The notes beneath the pieces were generated by a model. That model saw only the letters and a program-made list of their open reading frames with translations. It had not been told where the DNA came from and made no database searches. Source: Chrysomallon squamiferum (Eukaryota > Animalia > Mollusca). Taken from it: 64,000 nt of DNA. A program made the position numbers and the translations under genes. Position 1 is the first letter of the stretch, and each line of letters begins with the position of its first letter. Positions 14,720 to 31,700 of the stretch are shown here, in pieces. The stretch lies in contig CM022671.1 in NCBI GenBank assembly GCA_012295275.1, positions 19,840,001 to 19,904,000 on the forward strand. The letters are read 5' to 3'.

Positions 14720-15839
14720 ATTTGTATATTAAATCCCAATAATTGTTAAATTACTAATTTAGTAATACTGAAATTTTACTTCATTCTGTAAGCAGTTTTA
14801 AAATAATAATTTAAACACAAATAAACTGCTATTTATATTTTAAGTAAATATATATGTTTCATAATCTGTTGATTAAAAGTACTAACACTATTAGTAACAG
14901 TAGAAAGAGATTAAATGAAAGGAACTAGATTATCAAGAGAAATTGTAGATTTTGTAGCCTGATAATAATTAACTTTGTCATCCCAATTATTATTTTGCCT
15001 GTAGAAAATACATTTTGATAAAAATTATATACTAATATAATGAGCTATGTTAGCATCGTCATCCATCTTAGAAGATGCAGTCCAATGATGGTTTCTTTTC
15101 TAAGTTGATTAGCATGATAACCATGATTTTGATTGCTAACATCTCAGAAGTATCTTAGCAAGCAGGGTAAAAACTCTTAATTATATAAAATTATAACCTG
15201 TGCAGATAATTTTAACTTGACTGCTACTGTAAGTTTAAAATATTATTTAGATTGATAGCAAGTAAGTCAGCTTATAATAGTAACAGTGAACTTAATATTT
15301 CTAAAAATGGAAAACTAATAAGTTTTACCATGGGGAAAAAAGTCATTAAAAGAATTAGAATAAAAAATTTCTGTAGAAATCCCTTGAATCTATATGCAAA
15401 GCAAATCATTCATATCATACCAACATATTATACATGCAATCAGTTTTAAGTAAAATAACAGACACTGAATTTAAAATATATTTTTAATTCATGTACACGC
15501 TATCTGCAGGAAAAACCATGTATATAAGGATCGAAGAAACCAGAAGCATTCTGACACTATACCATGAACACAAAATGGAACCACAACTAACAACATTAAA
15601 AAGCAATATCTAACATTCAGTTTCCAGGCTTTAATATATTGTTTAAAAACATATTATTTCAAAATAAATATATCTTGCATTGTTGATAAAGAAATAAATA
15701 ACTAGCCTAAACAAATAAAAAGCAAAATTTAAAAAATTTAGAAAATCCAACAAGAATTTCATACTGACACCATAATCAACACAGGTATAGATGATACAGT
15801 ATGTTATTCTTTTACAAATAACACATTTTACTCATGCAT
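14720..15839. repeat. Copy B of the RNF123 downstream flank; nearly identical to 35558-36679
   Basis: Match starts at ATTTGTATATTAAATCCC in both places. I saw only about 2 substitutions in about 1.1 kb. Confidence 0.95.
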
Positions 15840-17887
15840 AGTATCTCAGTGCAATATAACAGGTAATACAGGATTCTATGTAGAATTCTGGTAAATACTG
15901 AAACAGTCGGCCATACTTGGAGGCTTTCTCGATTGTTTTCAATAGTACATTTAACAGCCAGGTAATATCCATTTGCTTGGTCTGTTTAGGATAAGAAAAA
16001 GTATTAATATTTTATTTGTTCTTAATTTACAATACTTTTTTTGGTGAAAAATCAATTAATATTAAGAGGAGAATTTTCGGTAAAACAAATAATAACTCAA
16101 AGTAAAGCAATATTTTTGTTTAGTCATACACGAAGTAAGTATTTTTATAATCTTCTTTTCAATATGATAAATAAACATTTTGTTACATTATAATCAGTGT
16201 TTAGCCTGACTCTTAGGTGAAATATTTGATACAGACATATCAAATATTGTTAATGTAAAATAAAGCCTTATTGCTGGATTCAAGAAGACTGAAACCACTA
16301 ATGTTAACAGAATGAAAATGGAATTGCTTTCACCTTTTTGAGGTTATAAACTGGTTAAAACATTTGCCTTTTTAATAAAAATAATATATACACATCCGCT
16401 TTAAATGTAAAAATTTTCTTAAGAATTCTGAATTTTTTGTTTTAAATCATCTATTCCTTTTATTACAAAAAAAACACAAATATACTAACATATTTTGGTC
16501 GTGGCATACCATGTATCAAATAAAGAAATCTTTGAACATTTTATTACTTGTATTCTTTACCTTTGAATAAATAACAGCAACAACCCATCCCATCTGTCTA
16601 GCCTGCTCAGTGATCTTGTCAAGAAACACCTGCTTGGCATTACCAAGGTATTCATGTACATCAGTCATCTTTAAAAATAAAAATAAATAATTTATCAGTA
16701 GAGTTTGTCCTAATAACATATACATTTAGTGGAATATTGTATGACTTGATGGTTATTTTTCTGATCCAAACAATTTTGTGTGTGTGTGTGTATATATATA
16801 TTTGACATATTTCTAAATAATCCTTTTTTGCCCTTTAAGACCAATATTAGCTAATTATGAAATATGACAAAAATCGATAATAAAAAATGGCATTGTTTTT
16901 CATCTTTGCTTTGGTCAAGTAGTAATATATAACATACAGAAATGCATTCAGAGTTGACATTTCAAATGACCGATTTACAAATTCTTCAAAAAGCACCTTG
17001 ATTACACAGTTATCACCTTCACTAAAAAAAATAGGAGAATTTATCTGTAACATATACAAATATATATATTTTTTTTTAAATTACATTATATCAAAGTCTA
17101 ATACTTCCACATTTAAAAAAAGGTGACAAACTAATTTTTTATATATTGAACTTACATCTGAAGGACATATCTTCTGTATCTTGATAGGCTAGGACAAATT
17201 CTTTTAAATTATCTCGTAATGCACACATCTGAAAAACATTTTAAACATTTTTTTAAACATTTACACACATTATTATTAGCTGGTACATGAAAAACTGCAA
17301 TGTTTTTCTTTGAAATTAGCAAAATGATTTACTTAAATTTGCAATATCATTCAATAAAGTCTGAATTATTATTAAATGAAGTCTGCAAAATGATTAATTT
17401 GTATTATTTATTATAAACTGAAATCTGTGTTATTATTAACTATAATCTGTAATATTCAACTACAATTTGCATTATCAATAATCAAAATTTGAATTATTTT
17501 TACAAAAATTTGTATTATATTTCACAAACATTCACAGTATTATTCCCTTTAATTGAGATTATTATTCTCTAAGAGAGGCATTAAAAATCTCAAAATATTT
17601 TAATATTGTTCTCTGAAAGTTGCCATCTTAACTAATAAAAGTAGATTCAGTTACGCTTGTTTTTTTTTTTTTACCTTGCCTAGTTGTTTGTGTGCTGCTA
17701 TATGGTACAGGAGAATAAGACTATCAAGAAGTCTCATCAGAGTGTTTCCACTTGGCATTTCACGTTCCGGATACTCAGCTGCAACAGATAGAATAGCATA
17801 TTTAAAATCAAATCAAATCTATATGTGTATGGTATTAAACCAGACATTTTTATTATCATTTCTTCTGCTACAGAAACTAAATATTGT

Positions 17888-17918
<31 letters not shown>

Positions 17919-19054
17919 TATCAACACCAATATAAGCACCTATTAAAACTAAATGTATAATGCTAAAAAGCTTATCAAACTTCAATACAATATAAACAAT
18001 TTCTGTCATCAGTTATTGGATATCAAATATTTCATATCGATATTTTATATACAAATTCCCACAGACAGAAAAGCACTCACCTTGTCCTTTAATAAGTAAA
18101 TATACAGCAGTGACTTTTTTTATATCACGATAATCCACCAACCAATAATCTAACTAATGAGCAATATCCTGCCCCAAATTTAACACAAAATAAGTTTAAC
18201 AACTCACTACATTACTGGAAATAAAAAAATAAAAAAGAAAAATAAGAAAGAAAAAAGAAATAAAAATAATTTTACATTTTTCAGCAGAGTGATCTTTTCC
18301 TGACTTTTTGTCCACTTTCACAACTTTTCCATCATCGGTGAGAGAAATTCCCTGAGCTTTGTTTACTTCAGCTTTGAATTAAAATGGAAAAAATGTATAT
18401 ATTTGAAAAATATTATATATGTATAAAATTAAAATCAATATATGTTCTGCATATTACTAATATACATATTTCATGTCAGAGCTGAACATTTATAAAACTA
18501 TATTTACTGTTAAAAATAGTAGTTTTTTTCTTCTTAAAATAAGCTGTATGAAACTACAAACATCCATTCATACTCTTTAAACTCAATAAAAAAACCCAAA
18601 ATAAAATAAAAATACATCAGACAAATATTTTATGTATCAAAAATCAACAGCTGTAAAAAATTATTGTATTTTTTATGTTTAATTTTTGTAAGTTTAACTA
18701 AATGTGAAAAACTTCCAAACAGATCTATAAAATAAATACTTAGAAAAAAAAATATGCTAAACTAATGAAAATTAATTAAATATGTGAAAGAAATACTGAT
18801 GTTATTATTATAAGAACAAGGATGTTGTCAATACATGAAAATAATCAAACTGAACCTGTATTCACTATGGACTTGATGCTATAATTTAAAACTCACCACC
18901 AAGAGTTCTGTTAAGATGAGACATTAAACCGCCACAGCGTTGGAAGTCAAAGTAATCTGTTGAGTCAGTCCAGAATTGTTGCATAGGCAAAAATGCCTCT
19001 GTAAAATTAAATTACACTAAATACAACAATATCTACTTCATTATAATTATAAAT
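15839..19054. repeat. Segmental duplicate of 44555-47898
   Basis: Colinear match with a few percent divergence. Paired ORFs 16516/45226, 16847/45576 and 17676/46384. Confidence 0.95.
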
Positions 19055-20823
19055 GTTTAATGACAATGGTTTTTATTAATTCAATCACACAAATTAATAA
19101 TTAATTTATAATTTTTAACAACTGCAGGATAAAGATAATTTATAATTTTTAATTTGACCCAAGCTAATAACACATTTTTGTAAGCAAAAATAATTTTAAA
19201 AAGTAAAAAAAAAAAAATTGTATTATGGCCCTAGTTAAAAATCTTTGCTGATAAAAATAATGTTTTAAAAATTAACTTTACCTGTGCTCTTAACAAATCT
19301 TGCTGGATCTTCTTTTTGGAAAATATCCCAATAATACTGAACAGCCTTGACAAGACAATGAAAGAAACAGAGACTGACAGGCAGAGGACAAGTGTTGACT
19401 TGATACACTCGCATCACACCACTGTTTCATGTAAAAATGAATGCAGTTTCTCCATGAAGATATCTCTTGTGGTCTTTTCCTATAAAAAAATAAATAAAAT
19501 AAAAAATTAAAATTTTTCTGTGAAATCTTCAGCATCATATTAAGTTTGTGAAATGAACAATGTCAAGTTTAACCTAAATAATTAGAGTAAAAACAAACAG
19601 ACAGTAAAAGAAGAAAAAAGAATAATGATAAAAAAAATGAAGATGAAATCAGTGAAAATGAAAGTAAAAGCATGTGAAAGACAAAATAAATAGAGAAACA
19701 AAAAATGGATCACAGGGAATGTGTCAGAGAGATAAACATTGTGAAAAAAGGAAGATAAAAAAAGTGTATATAGAAGATATTTTAAAATTATAAATAAATG
19801 ATTTTAAATCATATTTATTGACTGAAAAAGTAAAATAAATGAAACGTTTAATGTTTGAAGAAAATGAAACATACATCTTTTGGATCATTATGTATTAGTA
19901 ATACTTTCAGCATCTCAATTTGGATTTCTTCAATTTCTGAAAATACAATGTTACCAATAATATTTTTTAAGAAGCAATAATCTCACAAATTAAGATGCAA
20001 AAATAACTATTAATTCTACAAATTGCAAAAATTTAAAAAAAAAAAAAAAAATTCTAAAGGAAAATTAATTATATTTTACTATCTTTTTATAAATACTTGT
20101 TTTTTAAATTATGAATTCTCAAGGAAAAAACTGCAAGTAATTTTGGTAATAAAATTTTATTATTAAATGAAAATAAGTTAATGGAGGAAAAAAACAAAAA
20201 CAACATTACCACCACAATTTGCATTGCACATCTGTTTTCTATTATGGCTATCTTATATGAATAAAATTTTGATAAATACCTTCAATTTTCTTTCTCAGTT
20301 TATCACATGCAGCAGTATAGGTTTTTTGTCTAAGTTTTTCTTCTGTAGTAAGAGGTACATTAGGAATTTCATCATCATCATCATCCTGTATATTAAATGA
20401 TATTATGTTAACATGAAATATAAACAAGTTTAACTGGTAATCTGAAATTTTGTCAGATTAGTTGTTAATATGAAATGTTATATGTGATTACATTATCAAG
20501 AAATATTAAACAGATTAACTTCTAATATGAGAAATGCTAATAGATTACTTGGCTAACATAAATTAATATATTATCTAATGTTATAAAGTAAAACCAGTTC
20601 AGTGTAAAACAAATCATGAATGACATCTAATTATTAGTTTGTTTCAAGTCAGAAATATGTTATAAATTATGGGCTTGCACTGAAATTGCATTAAATCTCA
20701 AACTTAAAGAATAAAGTTACCTTTGACATGGTTTCCCACCAGACAGAAGGAATAATCTCAGCCAATCCTGCATCATCTGGTGGTTTTATGTGCATAAAGA
20801 TTGGAAATTTGATTTTATCAAAT

Positions 20824-21055
20824 GTAATTAGGTTAAGAAAAACAAAATACACTCATAAATGCAACAAACTATTAGAATACTTTTCGCTCATAAAACAAAA
20901 AATAATTTTGTAGCAGCCATGTATATATTTTAGTTAAATCAGTTGCAACCACTGTATTTGAAGTATACTAATTTAAAAATACAGATGAGAGTTTATTGTT
21001 CATAACTTGTAATGTATTCAATACTGAAACACTAAACAAAACAAATGAAGGATAT
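20824..21055 (-). other. U12-type (minor spliceosome) AT-AC intron in RNF123
   Basis: 5' splice site ATATCCTT (21055-21048), branch-site-like TTTCTTAAC (20840-20832), terminal AC (20825-20824). Splicing gives in-frame YVL|FDKIK. Confidence 0.9.
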
Positions 21056-23462
21056 AACACATAAATCAATAAATGTCTTCTTGTCTGTGGATGTCTGAGT
21101 ATAGCAAGTGTTAGGGTCAGATACTGCTTCTGAAAAAAAACAAAAAAAAACACAGAAACATTAACTTTATCAAAAAATCTCAGGTTAAATCATGTAATTT
21201 ATGAGATTTGTATTAAAGAAGAGAAAAAATATAATAATAAAAACCATTTCCTGAAAAGAAAATATTCTTTGATCATCTAAATCCTGATAGATTAATCTTT
21301 CTTGTATAATTTTTACTTATATTTACAAGGATGTCAATAAAGCTAGCACCAAAATAATTTGACAGCTATTTAATAAATGTTTGTTAAAAATTATGTCAAC
21401 AGTTAGATTGTTCACTGAATGTGTATGTACCAGCATAATGTCCACAATACTTATAAAGCTTATGTTAGAAAATGAGAACAGAAACCATAATAGTGCCAAT
21501 GATTTACAAAGAACATGATATTACAGATCTTTTGAAAATGTTTAACTGACTTTCACTGAAGAAAATGAAACATGGAAATATCATGGTTGTGCTCTAAGCA
21601 GTCAATGTTTTATAAGAAAAATATAAGGTAACTTACTGGATATTTGAAATCTGGTGTTACTGGAGAAAATTGGTATGATGAGAGGAGAATAATGGCTAGA
21701 TATTCAAGACATTGCTTTAATTCATAGTCCTGGAAAAGACCAGTAATAAAATTTACTAACAAATTAATGTATTTTAATTTGATCACACTTCAATCATTTT
21801 AATATAAATGATATTATTTAAAATAATATATGGAAGATAAACAAACAAACAAACAAACAAACAAACAAAATAGAATAATAATAACAAAAACTTACTTGCA
21901 GAAGAGCCCAGAGTATGTCAAGCATTTTTGCAATGTATGGTTCATCCACTTGTTGGTCACAATCACAGATTTTCAGCAGAAATGTCAACAAACACAATTC
22001 AACAATGTAGGCACTTCTCTGAAAGGAAAAAAAAGAAGAAATTATTTAAATAATGAATACAGAAATAAAATGAATAAAAAATCAGTACTCTTTTGACATA
22101 AAATAGACAAAATAAAGTCATGATTTCATCATCATCATCATCAGTTATTTATTTATTTTCTAACAAATTCTAATTATTTAGCATGTTTTTAAAATGATTT
22201 AGAACAGCTTCTTTTTCTATTTTATATGATGCGTAATAAAATCTCATAACCATAATGTTAGGTTTTTCAAAATAAATTCATTGCAAAAAGAAAGAAAGGT
22301 ATAAATAATAATAATACCAACAATAATAATAAAAACAAATAAATACAGACCAGTAATGGACCAAGATTTTCAAATATGTGTGCTGCAACTAGCATGGCTG
22401 TACATTTCCGAGACCGATGTTCAGTAAGAGGTGGCAGCACATCTTCACTCTTCCCAGCAATCAACTCTGCACCAGCTACCTGTTAAATACAGTCTCAATT
22501 ATTTTACTCCCCCATACTCAGAGATCGGTTCATAATTATATATGTATCTTTTTGTTATTGCAGTAGCTATGTTTGGTTTCAGCTGAGTTTTGTTTTTCCT
22601 TTCTTTTTTCCAGCAACTGTTGGCTCTAATAGTACTGACTTGCAGGATAACATCCAATCTGTTTAAAAAATAATTGTTTTTAATGCTATTATTAGCTTTA
22701 ATTATAATAGTATATACGAAACAGAGAAAGAACAATAAAATAATTTTCATGAGAGGTAGACATCTGTTATTAAGTTTACAACTACTGAATGTAATTATAA
22801 AACAACTAAAATAAGCAATAGATATTTATGTCTTGTTTTAAAAATTATACATGTCTGGTGAAAATAATATTAAGTAATTATATGTGAATCATAAAATAAA
22901 TAGTCTTATTATAAGGATTAAAAACATGAAGCTGAAATTTAATTTATCTCTTCAAAAATCCTTGCAATATGTCCAATTAATGTAAAAGGATAGTATGCAA
23001 ATCAGTTTGTTCACAGTGCAACTGAAGGCAAACATTATAAATATGTGTTATTAGTTTGTTCTAGTTGTGATTTTGTTTCAGCTTTGTTACTTTTTTTATT
23101 TTATTTTTTTATTATAGGCTGATCTTAACAATAAAGAGGATGCTGTTATGAAGAATTGCTATTTAGGTCACTTATTATTGACTTGGTTTTGAAAATATAA
23201 ACATCACATGATATAATAAATGATTTATTTATCATTCATACCTTGAAAAACACAAGAATTAGCCCTCATAGTGCTGAAATTACTGTGACTAGATAACTGA
23301 AAATTAAACAAAGAACAAAAATAAAAATTACTATCATAAATAACCAAATGTTTTTTTTCATGAAAATCATAACAGCAGTTCAGAATATAACAATTTCAAT
23401 TATTATTTACTAAAAATGAGACGGTGAAAAAAAAATGGCTGAGGCAAGAAGTCCTGTATTTA

Positions 23463-28196
<4,734 letters not shown>

Positions 28197-28707
28197 GACT
28201 TTGACAGAGTTCACCGGCTATGTAGAGGTCGCCACTTCTATGACTTCCGTTGTACTTTCATTACGATCTCCTGTTGTTACTCCAAAGAACCGACAAATTT
28301 TGTAAACGACATTTTAAAGCATATCTGTTTCGGGCAGAAATTAAATGCTTTTCACTTATGAACTACAAAAATAAAAATTGACTTATAAATTGTTGCAAAG
28401 TGTTGTGGACTTTTGTTGACTCATTAAAATGAAAATGAAAATAATGTAAAATGTAAAAAGATAAAATAAAATAAATACAATAAAACAACAGGTTCGTTTA
28501 TTTGTAAACTTAAAAAGATCAAAACAATTCCAACTAGGTTTTTTCGATTCGACTGATTGATGTTGTTTATCTTGAAAGAAAGAATGTAAAGTATAATACA
28601 AATATTGTGTTACTATTATTTCGTTTGTTTTCGGAATAAACGGATTTCCGTTTTCTTGCAGATGACGGAAGTGGGCAGGATTTCGGTGATATATATAAAC
28701 TCTAACT
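28197..28707. promoter_or_regulatory. Bidirectional DLD/EEA1 promoter
   Basis: Divergent ATGs 511 bp apart. CpG is locally enriched. ETS/GABP-like cores ACTTCCG (28243-28249) and CGGAAGTG (28666-28673) lie just before each ATG. Confidence 0.7.
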
Positions 28708-31700
28708 ATGTTGAAAAGATTACGTGGTAAAAAAGACTCGCAGAGTCCGGTGAGAATCTGCATCATTTTATGTCATATAAATTTTTATATCTTTGTTCAG
28801 TGCATTCTTATTTTTTGCAGTGCTTTGTTGAAACCACATTTTATTGGGGTTACATGATTTTAGCAGTAACAGCAAATACACGACATTTAGACATTACACT
28901 TACAGTGATTACTGTTTAGTTTGATTCAGTGATTCATTGATTGGCACTGACAGTAACATTCGCAATCGGCATTGTCACTGACAGTGACAGTTACGCATAA
29001 TAATGATTGTCATAATAATGTCACTGTCAGCCAATTAGTATTCATTCTGTCAAAACAGACTGGCCATACATTCCAGAAAATGATATGAAAATTAATAATA
29101 ATTTTTATAATCATAATAATGTGGTTAGAATTATGAATTCAGACGCTAATTCTTTGTATGTGTGTAGAGTTACATTTAACTTCTGTCTTTTTCAAATTTA
29201 AGATGATAATATATTTTTTTTATTAATAAAATGATTATATGTAATAAAATTTCAAACTGAAAATAATGAAACTGTTACAAAGAAAGTATTTTAATCTTTT
29301 TAAAAAACCAAGAACAAAACTTACAAAACCCATTTATTATGGACATGATTTTGGATTTTGCTTAAATTATACAAAATTACAAAGTGCTGTCTGATCACAG
29401 ATTTTATCATTTTGTTTAAAATTAGGACAACATAACATAAAGGATAGCTTTCACACTCACATTTTTGTTTTTCAGGATAATCCCCAATCCCCCACATCCA
29501 GTCGCTTTGCTTTACCCAGCTTCCTTACCAATCGCACTGATTCCTCTAATGAAAATGATTATAATGAAGCACAGGTAATGTGATATTATGTTTAATAAAT
29601 ACTCATTGGTTGTGAAATATTGTAATTTAACCTGTGTTTTGCATGTTGTCTGTCTGTGTTACTGAAAAGGAACTATATTATGGATTTTAACGTTAATATA
29701 TGAACCCCAACCATCCAGAGGTTAGATTTAGTTGATTATGACAATATCTAGCTCCAAATCAGTAATGTAAATATTATACTCTAAAAAACTGCCTAAGAAA
29801 TTGTGAAAGTCAAAATATATTTTTATATAGTATTATAAAAAAATAAGAAAAAAATAGGTATTTCTTATTTCTTTTATTTGTTCTTGCTGTTCAGTAAACA
29901 TGAGAATAATTTTTAAGACCAACTGTTTTCTAAGCTTTAAAAGTAATTTGTTTTATTATTAATTTTAAAGTAAATATTATGAAAACTAACAGCATCTTGA
30001 ATTTTATTATTTAGTTGACTAAAATGTTATTGTTTCTGTCATTAGTTTTTAAATGCATGCAACAAGTAGTTGTTTTATTCTGCAAAATATCTTCACATGT
30101 TTTATTAAGGGCTTTCTGTGCCCAATCTGTATGAAGTCGATGTCAGATGCTGAGGCTCTTCAAAAACATTTTGATGTTGAACATCAGGAAAATAATTCAC
30201 AAAACAATGTCCAGGATATGCAGGGTGTAAGTTGAAAATGTTATAAAACATTATTATGAGATAGTCATTAAATTCCATTTATTTTGTTATTTTAATTTTG
30301 AGGTTTCACAAGATTTATTATCATATATGCAATATTATTATTCTGTTTTCTTTTTATGCTTTTGGTGTTTTCATCAAATTTCATATTACTAACAGGCTTT
30401 TCTACTAACAACATAAATAATAATATAATTATGCTTTTCTGTTTGTTTTTTGTTGTTTTTTTTTATTTTGTTTTTTGTTGTTTTTTGTTTTGTTTTGTGT
30501 ACGTGAGCAATTTAATTCAAATTTTTTATATAATATGGCTGTTAAAACCATTAATGTATTAACACAGTGTAAGTTTATTTTTTTCTTAAATGTTAAATAA
30601 TGCTTTTGAAAAATAACATCATTATCTCTTAAGTCTGAGACAAACTAATGTTTTTTTATTTATTTTCTTTAGTTACTTTAACATTAATTTAATTTAGAGC
30701 TGCATATAATTTTAAATTGATTATAAAAGTTTACTAATAATAAACATTTAAGTTTAATAGATTTTGAGGAATATATTTTTATCTTTGTTAGAATTTCTTT
30801 TCTAATCTAACACGTTTTCCATTAGTGTTTGCATTTTAGAAATCTCTTGTTAAATCACAATTAATGGGAAGAGTTACACATTTGTGTATTTTATTACATA
30901 TATAATTGGAGATTAATACATAGAATTATGTGGTATAATTATGACCATCAAAAACATTTCTGCTGTATATTATTGTAGGAAGGTTTCCTATGTCCCATAT
31001 GTAAAAAGGCCTTAACATCACCTGAAGCCTTGACTGAACATTATGAGAAGGAACACAACAGTCCTGTAGAGCAAGCAAATATTAAACGGTAAACTTTCAT
31101 CTAAACTTTAATCTGCTGAATCAGTTACATACTAACTAAAACCATTAATAATATTTGGTGACATAACCTGTTGAATCAGTTAAACAGGTATTATATTTCT
31201 AAATTTAAAAAAATGTATTTTTAGTGGCATAAAATTGCATAGATATGATATATAATATATCTTAATTTTTAAAAATATTTTTATTCACCTCTATATATTT
31301 GTATCATTAAAATTTCTTGTCTTGTTCAGTTATTATATAGTGAGAAGGTGACAGTTACATCTAGAAATACTGATTTTGCCATATAATTAAGACCATAATA
31401 TTTTTAATAGCATAATGGTTAATTGAGTTAAAATAGATATAAGTGTAGTTTGGCATGCACAATATGAATACTAAAATACTTGATAATGGTTGGTCAACAG
31501 ATACTGTTTCACTTTTGTCACAACCTCAGCTGAGTTTAATGATGATGAATTAAAACCTGTAATTTAAACAGTTTCAGAATACAGTTTATAAATGACAATC
31601 ATCAATGATTTTAGTTAGAAATTATTTCGATTTTTTGAAATAAATAATTTTCCATTTATGTTTAGTGATATTAATGAAATTATTTTGATTTTGAATTTAT

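Larger units (their letters stand above)
15839..23296 (-). pseudogene. RNF123: RNF123 copy B: middle exons, most of SPRY deleted, C-terminus and RING deleted
   Basis: Exons 23296-23242 (LSSHSNFSTMRANSCVFQG, SPRY start), 22479-22351, 22018-21896, 21729-21638, 21129-21056 (YLTLTLAILRH), 20823-20721, 20385-20280, 19936-19875, 19480-19283, 18998-18898 (DYFDFQRCGGLMSHL), 18371-18275, 17778-17675, 17228-17156, 16668-16561, 15981-15839 (LPEFYIE, cut mid-exon). Frameshifts near 19425 (1 bp) and 17168 (11 bp). Some boundaries are approximate. Confidence 0.92.
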
